Below are positions 9,405 to 18,876 of a stretch of 64,000 nt of DNA, piece by piece. The number at the start of each line of letters is the position of its first letter. Position 1 is the stretch's first letter. The notes under the pieces are model-generated. The model saw only the letters and a program-made list of their open reading frames with translations, did not search any database and was not told where the DNA came from. A program made the translations under genes and the position numbers. Origin of the DNA: an uncultured Chloroflexia bacterium (GTDB taxonomy: Bacteria > Chloroflexota > Limnocylindria > Limnocylindrales > CSP1-4); NCBI GenBank assembly GCA_963713975.1, contig OY970218.1, positions 2,976,001 to 3,040,000 of the forward strand, given 5' to 3'.

Positions 9405-11056
9405 GCCTCATGGAACCCGACCTGATGGATCCCGTGCCCGAGGCACCACCGTCCAGGCGACGCCGGGTCGCGATCCTGGCGGTAGCCCTGCTGGTGGCGG
9501 GCGCGATGCTCGCCTCCTCGTGGCCGCTGCGCGGGAGCCCCGTCGCTCCGACGCCCGCGGCGGCGGCCGATCCGTCCGTCGTGACGATCCTCGTCGGGGC
9601 ACCGGCGTCGATCGATCCAGCCCGCCATGGCGACCTTGGCAGCGCGGCCTACGTGAGCCAGCTGTTCGAGACCCTGACCGCCGTGGACCCGTCTCTTGCC
9701 ATCCGGCCCGCGCTCGCCGAATCGTGGGTGGTGGACGAGGGCGGCCGGCAGGTCACCTTCACGTTGCGCCCCGGTCTGCGGTTCAGCGATGGCTCCCCAC
9801 TCACCGCGGACGACGTCGTCCACAGCTGGCGGCGCCTGTTCACGCCAGGCGATCCCTCGCCGCTGGCATCGCTGGTAGCGGACATCTCCGGCGCTCGGGA
9901 CCTGCTGACCGGAGCGAGCACGGACACGGGGTCGCTCGGCGTGCGAGCGGATGGCGACCGCACGGTCATCGTCGACATGGATCGGAGCGGCGGCGACCTG
10001 CCGGCCATCGTGTCGAGTGCGCCGTTCGCCGTGGTCCCATCGTCGGTCGGCGACGCCGAGATTGCACCCACGGCCGGCAGCCTCGTCGGCAGCGGGGGCT
10101 ACACGCTCGAGCGGGTGGACCCGGACGTCTTCGAGCTCCGGGCCAACCCTGCCTACTGGGCCGGGAAGCCCGCGATCGAGACGGTCCGGATGGTCACCTC
10201 CATCGGCGGCGCCAGCCCGGTTGATGCCTTCGCCGCCGGCGACCTCGACGTCACCCCGATCAGCTTCTCGGATGCGGGCTGGATCGCCTACGACAAGGTG
10301 CTGGGACCCTCGCTGCGCAGCGACCCGTCCCTCTCGGTCACGTACTACGGCTTCGACACCCGCCAGGCTCCGTTCGACGACGTCCGGGTCCGCCAGGCGT
10401 TCGCGCGGGCGGTCGACTGGCGCCGGCTCGCCGCGCTGGACGATCCGGGATCGTCGGTGGCGGCCACGGGCATGGTTCCGGCCGGCATCCCCGGCACCCC
10501 CGACGGTGACTTCCTGCCGCCGTACGATCCGGCCGGCGCCCGTCAGCTCCTGGCCGATGCCGGCTATCCGGGCGGTGTTGGGCTCGCGCCCATCTCGTTC
10601 ATCGCCAACGGGGGCGGCTACGACGGAGCGATCATCGCCATGCTGGAAGAGAACCTCGAGGTCGCCATCGACTACGCGACGATGGAGTTCGCGTCCTACC
10701 AGGACCGCCTGGCCGCGGACCCGCCCCAGCTCTGGAGCCTGTCCTGGGTCGCCGACTACCCGGGCCCCAACGACTTCCTCGGCGTCCTGCTGGAGACGGG
10801 GTCGACGGCGAACCAGGGCGGCTGGAGCTCCCCGGGGTTCGACGCGGCGATCGCCGAGGCAACGTCGGCGGCGAGCCCGGCGGACGCCACCGCAGCCTAT
10901 GCCCGGGCCATGGCGATCGTCCGGGACGACGTGCCGACCGTGCCGGTCGCCTACGGGACTTCATTCTCGCTCGTCCGCGATGGACTCCTGGGGGCAGCGC
11001 AGACGGGGACCGGCATCCTGCGGCTCGCGGGGCTGTCCTGGGTGGATGGACAGTGA
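9401..11056 (+). CDS. Peptide/nickel ABC transporter substrate-binding protein (family 5)
   Basis: PALAESW, FTLRPGLRFSDGSPLTADDVVHSW, PFDDVRVRQAF, WVADYP; N-terminal hydrophobic anchor. Confidence 0.9.
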   Translation: MSLMEPDLMDPVPEAPPSRRRRVAILAVALLVAGAMLASSWPLRGSPVAPTPAAAADPSVVTILVGAPASIDPARHGDLGSAAYVSQLFETLTAVDPSLAIRPALAESWVVDEGGRQVTFTLRPGLRFSDGSPLTADDVVHSWRRLFTPGDPSPLASLVADISGARDLLTGASTDTGSLGVRADGDRTVIVDMDRSGGDLPAIVSSAPFAVVPSSVGDAEIAPTAGSLVGSGGYTLERVDPDVFELRANPAYWAGKPAIETVRMVTSIGGASPVDAFAAGDLDVTPISFSDAGWIAYDKVLGPSLRSDPSLSVTYYGFDTRQAPFDDVRVRQAFARAVDWRRLAALDDPGSSVAATGMVPAGIPGTPDGDFLPPYDPAGARQLLADAGYPGGVGLAPISFIANGGGYDGAIIAMLEENLEVAIDYATMEFASYQDRLAADPPQLWSLSWVADYPGPNDFLGVLLETGSTANQGGWSSPGFDAAIAEATSAASPADATAAYARAMAIVRDDVPTVPVAYGTSFSLVRDGLLGAAQTGTGILRLAGLSWVDGQ

Positions 11057-12429
11057 CGGCGCCCACGTCCCTGCGTCGCCTCCCGCGTGCCGTCGCCGCG
11101 CTCGTCGTGGCCGTGGGACTCCTGCTGCCTGCGACCGCCCAACCCGTCCGTGCTGCCGACGTCACGTTCGGCACGCCGACGGCGGACGTCGTCTTCGGCG
11201 ACTCGATCACGTTCAACGTCCCCATGAGTTCGTCCGTGCCCCTAGAGCGGGTGGAGCTGCGGCTCGACTTCCCGGACAGCCTGGGACCGTTCATCACCGA
11301 GGTCCCCGTGGGCCCGGCCGGGCAACAGACCCTCAGCTACCGCCTCGACCTGACAGGATCCGGCCATATCGCCCCGAATACCGAGATCGTGGCCACCTGG
11401 GCGGCCGTCGTGGCACCGGGCCAGGAGCCGGTCCAGTCCGCCAGTGACACGATCAGGTACTCGGACACGGCCCACGACTGGAAGACGCTCAAGGGCGACG
11501 TGGTCGTGGTCCACTGGTACGACGGCAGCGAGGCATTCGCCAGGCGGGCGCTCGCGATCGGCGACAAGGCCGTGAAAGAGACCGGGGCGCTGCTCGGGGT
11601 GACCGAGACGGAGCCCATCGACTTCTTCATCTACGGCGACGAGGCATCGTTCCGCAGCGCGCTGGGTCCGGGCACCAGGGAGAACGTCGGGGGGCAGGCG
11701 CGGTCGGACATCAGGACCCTGTTCGCGCTGATCACGCCCAACGCGATCGACGACCCGTGGGTAGGAGTGGTGATCCCGCACGAGCTCGTCCATCTCGTGC
11801 TGGACACGGCCGTCCGGAACCCATACCGCTACCTACCCCGGTGGCTCAACGAGGGCCTGGCCGTGTACCTGTCCGAGGGCTACAAGCCTGGCGACCGGGC
11901 GCTGGTCGAGGACGCGGCGCGCCAGGGGGACCTACTGCCCCTGACCGCCCTTGCGGGCCAGTTCCCCACGGAGCCCGACAAGACCTACCTCGCCTACGCG
12001 GAGTCGGTGTCTGCGATCGACCACCTGGTCCAATCGGATGGCAGGGATGCCCTGTTGAACCTGGTCGCCGCCTATGCCGACGGTCCCACCGATGACGAGG
12101 CCTTCACGAAGGCCCTCGGGCGCGATCTCATCGCCTTCCAGGATGGCTGGCTCGCCGACCTCGGGGCGGATCCGCCTCAGCAGCTCGGCCCCGCCCCGTA
12201 CCCCGCGGGTGCTGTCCCGCCGGGCTGGGACGCGCCCGTCCCGGGTGCCACACCCGGGTCGTTCCCGGCCGCCCCCTCAACAGCTCCTCCGACGGCTCCC
12301 GCGGATATGCCCGGAGGGTCATCCGACCGCGGTTCGGACACGATCATCATCCTGGGCACGGTCGTACTGGTCGTGGCCGTGGTCATCGGAGGGCTGCTCG
12401 TCGCGCGTCGGCGCACCGCTCCGCCGTGA
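11053..12429 (+). CDS. Secreted, C-terminally anchored peptidase MA-like zinc metallopeptidase
   Basis: Signal peptide, HELVH plus WLNEGLA (gluzincin), YAES motif, Pro-rich linker, TM helix and RRR tail. Confidence 0.82.
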   Translation: MTAPTSLRRLPRAVAALVVAVGLLLPATAQPVRAADVTFGTPTADVVFGDSITFNVPMSSSVPLERVELRLDFPDSLGPFITEVPVGPAGQQTLSYRLDLTGSGHIAPNTEIVATWAAVVAPGQEPVQSASDTIRYSDTAHDWKTLKGDVVVVHWYDGSEAFARRALAIGDKAVKETGALLGVTETEPIDFFIYGDEASFRSALGPGTRENVGGQARSDIRTLFALITPNAIDDPWVGVVIPHELVHLVLDTAVRNPYRYLPRWLNEGLAVYLSEGYKPGDRALVEDAARQGDLLPLTALAGQFPTEPDKTYLAYAESVSAIDHLVQSDGRDALLNLVAAYADGPTDDEAFTKALGRDLIAFQDGWLADLGADPPQQLGPAPYPAGAVPPGWDAPVPGATPGSFPAAPSTAPPTAPADMPGGSSDRGSDTIIILGTVVLVVAVVIGGLLVARRRTAPP

Positions 12430-13220
12430 GCGCAATGGCGGCGCGCATCCGGGCGATCCCCAGCTGGCAGATCACCCTCGGGCTGGCGCTGCTGGGCCTC
12501 GGGTTCCTGGTCGGCGCCCAGCTCGCCTCGGAAGGCCCTCGGGTCCGTTACACGAGCCAGGAGCGAACCCCGCTCGTGCAGACCGCGCTGGACCTGCAGG
12601 CACAGCAGGAGGGCCTCAAGCAGCAGATCCTTGAGCTGCGCGCCGACATCCAGGAGCTCGAGGCCACCGGACAGGGCGGCGCGGCCGTGACGCTGGATCT
12701 CAACCGGCAGCTCGAGGAGGCACGGATCGCCTCCGGTCTCGTGGCCATGACGGGTCCCGGGCTGGTGATCCAGCTGTCCGATTCGACCGTCCCGGTGCCG
12801 CCTGAGGGCAACGCCCGCGACTATCTCGTGGCGGGCCAGGACGTGCTTGCCGTCGTGGAGGAGCTGTGGCTGGCGGGCGCAGAGGGTATCGCCGTCAACG
12901 GGGAGCGGGCGACCGTCGGCACCGCGATCGTCGACATCGGCGGCTCGGTCCTCGTCAACTCCGCCTATATCGCCGCGCCGTACCAGGTGTCGGCGATCGG
13001 ACCTGACGACATGTTCGACAGCCTGACCCGCTCCCCGGGGTTCGTGGACTTCATCCGGGCTCGCTCGGAGGCATTCGGCGTCGGCGTCGGCTACGCGGTC
13101 CAGGAGGCCGTCGATCTCCCGGCATATGCGGGCTCCGTGAACCTCCGGTATGGCCGAGTTGACCGGAGTCCGCCACCGACGTCCGAGGCCTCGACACCCG
13201 CACCGGTGGAGATCCCCTGA
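12426..13220 (+). CDS. DUF881 domain protein
   Basis: TM plus coiled coil, GPGLVIQLSD, ELWLAGAEGIAVNGER, PYQVSAIG. Confidence 0.88.
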   Translation: MSAMAARIRAIPSWQITLGLALLGLGFLVGAQLASEGPRVRYTSQERTPLVQTALDLQAQQEGLKQQILELRADIQELEATGQGGAAVTLDLNRQLEEARIASGLVAMTGPGLVIQLSDSTVPVPPEGNARDYLVAGQDVLAVVEELWLAGAEGIAVNGERATVGTAIVDIGGSVLVNSAYIAAPYQVSAIGPDDMFDSLTRSPGFVDFIRARSEAFGVGVGYAVQEAVDLPAYAGSVNLRYGRVDRSPPPTSEASTPAPVEIP

Positions 13221-13894
13221 TGCGCGAGCGGTCCGGGCGTATTGCCATGACGGGGGTCCTGCTCCTGCTGGGCTTCTTCGTGGTCGTCCAGCTGCGGTCG
13301 CAGGCCGCCGGCGTGGGCCTCAACGGCCTCTCGGTCCAGGAGCTGGGCGAGCTGGTGGGCAACCTGACGACGAGGAACGACCAACTGCGCGAGGAGATCC
13401 GGACGCTCGAGCGGCAGCGGGAGACGCTCGCCGCATCGGTCGCGCGTGGCGATACCTCGGCCGGCCAGGTCCGCTCGGACCTGCTCAGGATCCTGGGGTG
13501 GTCGGGCGCGCTCGGTGTGAGGGGCCCCGGTGTTCGTGTGTCGATCGAGGGCCCGTTGCCCGGTGACGCAGTGGAGCAGCTTGTCAATGAGCTCCGCAAC
13601 GCCGGCGCGGAGGCCATCTCCATCGGCACGATCCGGGTCGTCCCGGGCGTGGTGGTGTCCGGGCCGGCTGGGAACCTGGTGGTGACGGGGATCCCGCTCG
13701 CCGATCCCGTGGAGCTGCTCGCCGTGGGTTCACCGGAGACCCTGAGCGGTTCCCTCTCGCGGGCGGGTGGCCAGATCGCCCTGCTCGCGGGACGCCATCC
13801 GGATGTCGTGATCACGGTCACGAGCGAGGACCTGCTGACCCTGCCACCGACCGACCGGGACCTGGCCCCGCAGCTGGGCCGCCCCCGCCTCTAG
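13220..13894 (+). CDS. DUF881 domain protein
   Basis: TM plus coiled coil, GPGVRVSI, VNELRNAGAEAISI. Confidence 0.85.
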   Translation: MRERSGRIAMTGVLLLLGFFVVVQLRSQAAGVGLNGLSVQELGELVGNLTTRNDQLREEIRTLERQRETLAASVARGDTSAGQVRSDLLRILGWSGALGVRGPGVRVSIEGPLPGDAVEQLVNELRNAGAEAISIGTIRVVPGVVVSGPAGNLVVTGIPLADPVELLAVGSPETLSGSLSRAGGQIALLAGRHPDVVITVTSEDLLTLPPTDRDLAPQLGRPRL

Positions 13895-13974
13895 GATGGC
13901 CCCGGCCCGGTCGACCGTGGGGTGCAGCTCGACCGCCGGCCGCCGGCCCGGCACCCTCTGCTACCCTCGGGCCG

Positions 13975-14214
13975 ATGTCCGGCAACCCCGTGCTCGAGCT
14001 CTACCTGGGCGACGTCCTGCGCCTGCGGCGCCGCCACCCCTGCGGCGGCGACACCTGGCTGGTCGACCGGCTCGGGGCCGACATCGGACTGCGCTGCGAG
14101 TCGTGTCGTCGGCATGTGCTGGTGGAGCGGCCGGCGCTCGAGCGGCGGATCACCGGGTTCGTGCACCGTGGGGATGCGGAGTTGAGTGCGGCCGTGGCGC
14201 CGGTTCGCCCGTGA
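13975..14214 (+). CDS. DUF951 family protein
   Basis: GDVLRLRRRHPCGG..W.V.RLGADIGLRC..C; TGCTACCCT 7 nt upstream of ATG. Confidence 0.9.
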   Translation: MSGNPVLELYLGDVLRLRRRHPCGGDTWLVDRLGADIGLRCESCRRHVLVERPALERRITGFVHRGDAELSAAVAPVRP

Positions 14215-15794
14215 CCGACGATCTGGCGGACGTCCTGCCCGAGGCCGAGGTGCTACCGGTCACGGACCGTCTCGACGAGCCATTGGAGACCGCCGGGGCC
14301 CTGGAGGTCTTCAAGAACCGCCCGTTCCTGCTGCTCTGGCTGAGCCAGCTGTTCACCCAGATCGGCGGGAACATGGTCCTCTACGGCCTGACCGTCATCG
14401 TCCTCGAGTCCACGTCGTCGAACACTGCGGTCAGCCTCCTGATCCTCACCTTCCTGGGTCCAGCCGTGCTGTTCTCGGCGGTCGCCGGGGTTTACGTGGA
14501 CCGCATGGACAAGCGCCATGTCCTGATCATGACCAACGTCCTGCGGGCCGGACTGTTCGGGCTGCTCTGGATGGCCGGTGACCTCCTCATCGTGCTCCTG
14601 CTGCTCAACGCGCTCATCTCGACCGTGACGGTGTTCTTCGCCCCGGCCGAGGCATCGATGATCCCGCAGCTCGTGCCGCGTCGGCAGCTCGTGGCCGCGA
14701 ACGGCGTCTTCACGCTCACCCTCAATGCCGCCTTCGCGGTCGGCTACGCGCTGATGGGATCGCTGGTGGTGACGCTCGTGGGCGCCACCGGCCTGATCGT
14801 CGTCGTCGCCGTGTTCTACCTGGTCGCGGCACTGTTCTGCTGGTGGCTTCCGCCCGCCCCGCCGACGCTGGCGGAGGAGTCGGCCGAAGGGCAGGGCCTG
14901 ATCGATCCGGAGGCGGAGCAGGCGATGGGCTCCACCTTCGCCCAGCTGCGTGAAGGGATCGGGTTCATTCGCGAGCACCGATCCATCAGCTGGTCGCTGA
15001 TCTATCTCGGGATCGCTGCCTCGCTCGTGGGTGTCCTGGGCGTCCTGGGACCCAAGTTCGCCACGGACTCGCTCGGCCTCGAGTACAAGGACTTCGCGGT
15101 GGTCGTCCTGCCGCTGGGCTTCGGCATCGTGACCGGGATCCTGCTGCTCAACTCGTTCGGCCACCTGCTGCCGCGCCGCCGGATCATCGAGGGCGGGCTG
15201 ATCGCGCTGGGCATCTTCGTCCTGTTGATCGTGATCGCGGGCCCCATCTCACGATTCCTCCAGAACGCCGAGCGCGCGACGGCGCTCACCGCGGGCTTGG
15301 CCGGCGTCACGTCGCTGCTCGCCGTCGTCGTGTTCATCGCGCTGCTGGCCGGCGTTGCCTATGCGTTCGTCGCCATCCCGGCCCAGACCCAGCTCCAGGA
15401 GGACATCCCCGAGGACACCCGGGGACGAGTGTTCGGAGTCCTGAACATGCTGGTCTCCGTGGCCAGCTTCCTGCCGATCATCATCCTCGGTGCGATGTCC
15501 GACTTCGTGGGCACGCCCACGATCCTGATCGCCGTCGCGATCGCCATCTCGGCAGCCGGCGTCATCTCGATCATCCGTCGTGGACCACTCAACCCGGCTG
15601 AGGCCCACGCGCACGCCACCGGACCGTCGACGCCGGCCGGCCTCGATCCCGTCGCCGTGCTCACCGCCACGGAGATGGAGGCAGGCGAGCGTCGCCATGC
15701 GCGGCATGCCGAGCCGACCCAGGACGCGCCGGAGCGCCACGAGGACGCGCCTGCCAGCGTCGAGCCCCAGGTGCCGCCCGCCGAAGAGGATTAG
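14211..15794 (+). CDS. MFS transporter (H+ antiporter/DUF894-like)
   Basis: FLLLWLSQLFTQIG, AGVYVDRMDKR, FFAPAE, QEDIPEDTRGRVFG; GTG overlaps the DUF951 stop. Confidence 0.88.
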   Translation: MTDDLADVLPEAEVLPVTDRLDEPLETAGALEVFKNRPFLLLWLSQLFTQIGGNMVLYGLTVIVLESTSSNTAVSLLILTFLGPAVLFSAVAGVYVDRMDKRHVLIMTNVLRAGLFGLLWMAGDLLIVLLLLNALISTVTVFFAPAEASMIPQLVPRRQLVAANGVFTLTLNAAFAVGYALMGSLVVTLVGATGLIVVVAVFYLVAALFCWWLPPAPPTLAEESAEGQGLIDPEAEQAMGSTFAQLREGIGFIREHRSISWSLIYLGIAASLVGVLGVLGPKFATDSLGLEYKDFAVVVLPLGFGIVTGILLLNSFGHLLPRRRIIEGGLIALGIFVLLIVIAGPISRFLQNAERATALTAGLAGVTSLLAVVVFIALLAGVAYAFVAIPAQTQLQEDIPEDTRGRVFGVLNMLVSVASFLPIIILGAMSDFVGTPTILIAVAIAISAAGVISIIRRGPLNPAEAHAHATGPSTPAGLDPVAVLTATEMEAGERRHARHAEPTQDAPERHEDAPASVEPQVPPAEED

Positions 15795-15796
15795 GC

Positions 15797-17449
15797 ATGA
15801 GGGCCGCAGGCCTCCTGGTCACGGGTCGCATCGCCACGCTGGCCGGACGCGAGGGCCCGGGCTGGGTGGAGGCGATCGCCATCCAGGACGGGCGCGTGAC
15901 CGGCGCCGGCTCGCTGGCCGAGGTCGAGGCGGCCGTACCCACTGCGACTCGTCGCTTGGATCTCGCTCCGGACGAAGTCGCCATCCCGGGACTGACCGAT
16001 GCCCACCTGCATCTCGCCGAGGCGGCCCTAGCGCGCAGGCGGGTCCAGCTCGACGACGCAAGCTCGATCCATGTGGTCGTTGACCGGGTCCGAGCTGCGG
16101 CCGCCGCCGCCCCGGATCGTGACGCCTGGATAGACGGGGCCGGCTGGGACGCCGACCTGATGGAGCGATGGCCCACGGCCGATGATCTCGAGCGGGCCGC
16201 GCCGGGTCGCCTGGTGGCGCTCTGGGCCCATGACCACCACGCCCTGCTCGCCAGCGCGCGTGCCCTGGCCGTCGCCGGGATCGACGACCGGCGAAGTGAT
16301 CCCGCGGGAGGCGTGATCAGGCGGGACGCCGAGGGTCATGCGACCGGTGTCCTCCACGAGTCGGCATCGCGCCTCGTCGCATCACTCGTGCCGGCGCCGA
16401 CCGCGACGGACGTGTCCGCCGCACTGGAGCCGATGATCCAGGAGCTCCTTGCCCTCGGCGTCGTCGCCGCCCACGACCCCGGCGGCCTCAGCGAACGTTC
16501 GGACCTCGACGGGCCGCTGGCGGCCTACCGGAGCCTGGCAGCTGCGGGGCGGCTGGGCATGCGGGTCCACGCCTGTGTCCGTCCGGAGCAGCTGGCCGCA
16601 GCCGGAGACCAGGGCCTGCGGAGCGGAGCGCCGATCGGGCCGGATCCACTCCGCCGACTCCGGCTGGGGTGGCTCAAGACCTTTGCCGACGGGTCTCTAG
16701 GATCGCGCACGGCCGCGCTCCTCGATCCACTCGCGCCGCTGCCGGGGGAGCCGCCGCCGCCCAACGACGGCTACGGGGTCTGGCTGACGACGCCGGAGGA
16801 GCTACGTGCGCAGACGCTTCGAGCCGCGTCGCTGGGGATCGCCACGCAGATCCACGGGATCGGCGACGCGGCCATCCGCGCGGCGCTGGACGTGCTGGCG
16901 CCCACCGTGGGGCTGACGCCACTGATGCCGCGCGTGGAGCACGTCCAGCTGGTCTCGGACGCCGATGTGCCGCGCTTTGCCGCGCTGGGGATCGCGGCAT
17001 CGGTCCAGCCCGTGCACGTGCGCTCGGACGCCGCGAAGGCGCGCCGGCTGTGGGGCGCTCGTGCGGAGGCCCGTGCCTATGCCCTTGCTGCGCTGGACCG
17101 CGCGGGCGCCGTGGTCGCGTTCGGGACGGACGCGCCCGTGGAGCCGGTCGATCCCTGGACCGGCCTCGCCTGCGCCGTAACGCGGGCCTCACCCGAATGG
17201 CCGACCGGGACACCGTCCTTTGGTCCACAGAACGCGCTGACCCTGTGGCGCGCGATCCGGGCCGCCTGCGTGGATCCTGCGCTCAGCGCCGGCGAGACGG
17301 ACCGGGGACGCCTCGTGCCGGGCCATCGGGCGGACATCGCGGTCCTGCCGGCCGGGGTGGTGGCCGAGCCGGTCGAGGTCGGCGGTGCGCTGTGGCATGC
17401 GCGGCCGCGCATCGTGCTCCTGGACGGCGAGGTCGTCGCAGGGGCGTAG
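15797..17449 (+). CDS. Amidohydrolase 3 (YtcJ-like)
   Basis: PGLTDAHLH, KTFADGSLGSRTA, HGIGD, RVEHVQ, FGTDAPV, GRLVPGHRADI. Confidence 0.88.
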   Translation: MRAAGLLVTGRIATLAGREGPGWVEAIAIQDGRVTGAGSLAEVEAAVPTATRRLDLAPDEVAIPGLTDAHLHLAEAALARRRVQLDDASSIHVVVDRVRAAAAAAPDRDAWIDGAGWDADLMERWPTADDLERAAPGRLVALWAHDHHALLASARALAVAGIDDRRSDPAGGVIRRDAEGHATGVLHESASRLVASLVPAPTATDVSAALEPMIQELLALGVVAAHDPGGLSERSDLDGPLAAYRSLAAAGRLGMRVHACVRPEQLAAAGDQGLRSGAPIGPDPLRRLRLGWLKTFADGSLGSRTAALLDPLAPLPGEPPPPNDGYGVWLTTPEELRAQTLRAASLGIATQIHGIGDAAIRAALDVLAPTVGLTPLMPRVEHVQLVSDADVPRFAALGIAASVQPVHVRSDAAKARRLWGARAEARAYALAALDRAGAVVAFGTDAPVEPVDPWTGLACAVTRASPEWPTGTPSFGPQNALTLWRAIRAACVDPALSAGETDRGRLVPGHRADIAVLPAGVVAEPVEVGGALWHARPRIVLLDGEVVAGA

Positions 17450-17474
17450 GACCTTCGAGAGGGTCGGGTGCTGC

Positions 17475-18869
17475 TCAGGGCGTTGCGGGCCGGTCGAGCC
17501 GGGCCAGGGCCTCGGCGAACAGGCCGCCGAGCGCGCGCGACGTCGACGGGAACGCGTGGATCGTGGCTGCCAGCACGTCCATCGGGACGCGCGCCTGGAT
17601 CGCCAGCACGCATTCGTGGATGGCGGCCGACGCGTCCGGGCAGGCCATCGCCGCGCCGACCAGCTCGCGCCGGGCCCTGTCGACCACGATCGTCAGGTGG
17701 CCGGTGGCGGCCTCGACCGAGTAGCCCTTCGCCGTCGTCGGGAACGGCACCGTGCACTCGAACGCGTCGAACCCGGCCGCCAGGGCCTGTTCCAGGGTCA
17801 ACCCGACCGACGCTGCCTCCGGATCCGTGTAGGTGGCCCTGGGCAGGGCCCGGTAGTCCGGTACGAGGTCCTCGCCCAGGGCCATCCGGACCGCCAGCTC
17901 ACCCTGGTAGTGGCCCTGATGGGTGTGGAGCTCCGGCCCGGCCGAATCGCCGGCGATCCACAGGCCGTCGGCGAGCCGTAGCGAGCCGTCCCGCCGATAC
18001 GCATCCGGACCCGAGACCGATACGCCGTAGTGCTCCAGCCCCAGGTCTGTCAGCGGGAACTGCCGCCCCACGGCGACGAGAATGGCATGCCCCTCGGCGG
18101 TGGAGCCGTCATCGAGGTCGATCACGTGGGCCCCGGCGGTGCCTGCCCCCGCTCGAGCCCGGATGGCGCGGGCGCCCGTCCGCACATCGACCCCGTCGCG
18201 CTCGAGCCCGAACCTGATGGCCTCGGCGCTCCGCGGATGCTCGGAAGGGGTGAGCCGGGGGCCGGACTGGACGATCGTCACCGGAACCCCGAAGCGGGCG
18301 TAGACCTGCGCCAGCTCACAGCCCGTGGGTCCGCCGCCGAGCACCAGCAGGCTGGGTGGCAGCTCGCGAGCCAGGGTCGCCTCCCGGTTGCTCCAGGGGT
18401 CGGTTGCGGCCAGGCCCTCGATCGGCGGCAGCTTCGACGTGGAGCCCACCGCGACGACGACATTGCGAGCCCGGACTTCGGCCGAGACCCCGGCCTGGCT
18501 CACCGCCACGACGCCCCGCGCCGTGATCCGGCCCTCGCCACGCCATGTCGTGGCGCCGTCGGCCTCGAGCGCGCGAACGTGCGAGGTGTCGTCCGGCACG
18601 GGGCAGCCCGGTGCGCGGTTGACCATGTAGTCGCGTCGCTCGGAGGCTCTGGCCCACGGGTAGTCAGCCCCGGATGCGTGTCGATCCGCAGCATGCAGCA
18701 GGCTCTTGGACGGGACGCACCCGACGTGCGGGCACGAGCCACCGAACCATTCCCGGTCGACGATCGCCACCGATGCCCCGAGAGCCCGCGCCTTGTGCGC
18801 GGCTGCCTCGCCGGCTGGTCCTGCGCCGATCACCACGAAATCGATGAGTTCCATGGGGGACATGGTCAC
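17475..18869 (-). CDS. Class I pyridine nucleotide-disulfide oxidoreductase (dihydrolipoyl dehydrogenase-like)
   Basis: GAGPAG, GGSCPHVGCVPSK redox pair, GGGPTGCE, C-terminal HAFPS. Alternative start 18863. Confidence 0.88.
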   Translation of the reverse strand: MTMSPMELIDFVVIGAGPAGEAAAHKARALGASVAIVDREWFGGSCPHVGCVPSKSLLHAADRHASGADYPWARASERRDYMVNRAPGCPVPDDTSHVRALEADGATTWRGEGRITARGVVAVSQAGVSAEVRARNVVVAVGSTSKLPPIEGLAATDPWSNREATLARELPPSLLVLGGGPTGCELAQVYARFGVPVTIVQSGPRLTPSEHPRSAEAIRFGLERDGVDVRTGARAIRARAGAGTAGAHVIDLDDGSTAEGHAILVAVGRQFPLTDLGLEHYGVSVSGPDAYRRDGSLRLADGLWIAGDSAGPELHTHQGHYQGELAVRMALGEDLVPDYRALPRATYTDPEAASVGLTLEQALAAGFDAFECTVPFPTTAKGYSVEAATGHLTIVVDRARRELVGAAMACPDASAAIHECVLAIQARVPMDVLAATIHAFPSTSRALGGLFAEALARLDRPATP

Positions 18870-18876
18870 CCGGCGG

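Noticed and set aside
17475-18869. Mercuric reductase MerA
   Set aside because: No C-terminal Cys-Cys pair, no N-terminal HMA domain and no mer genes.
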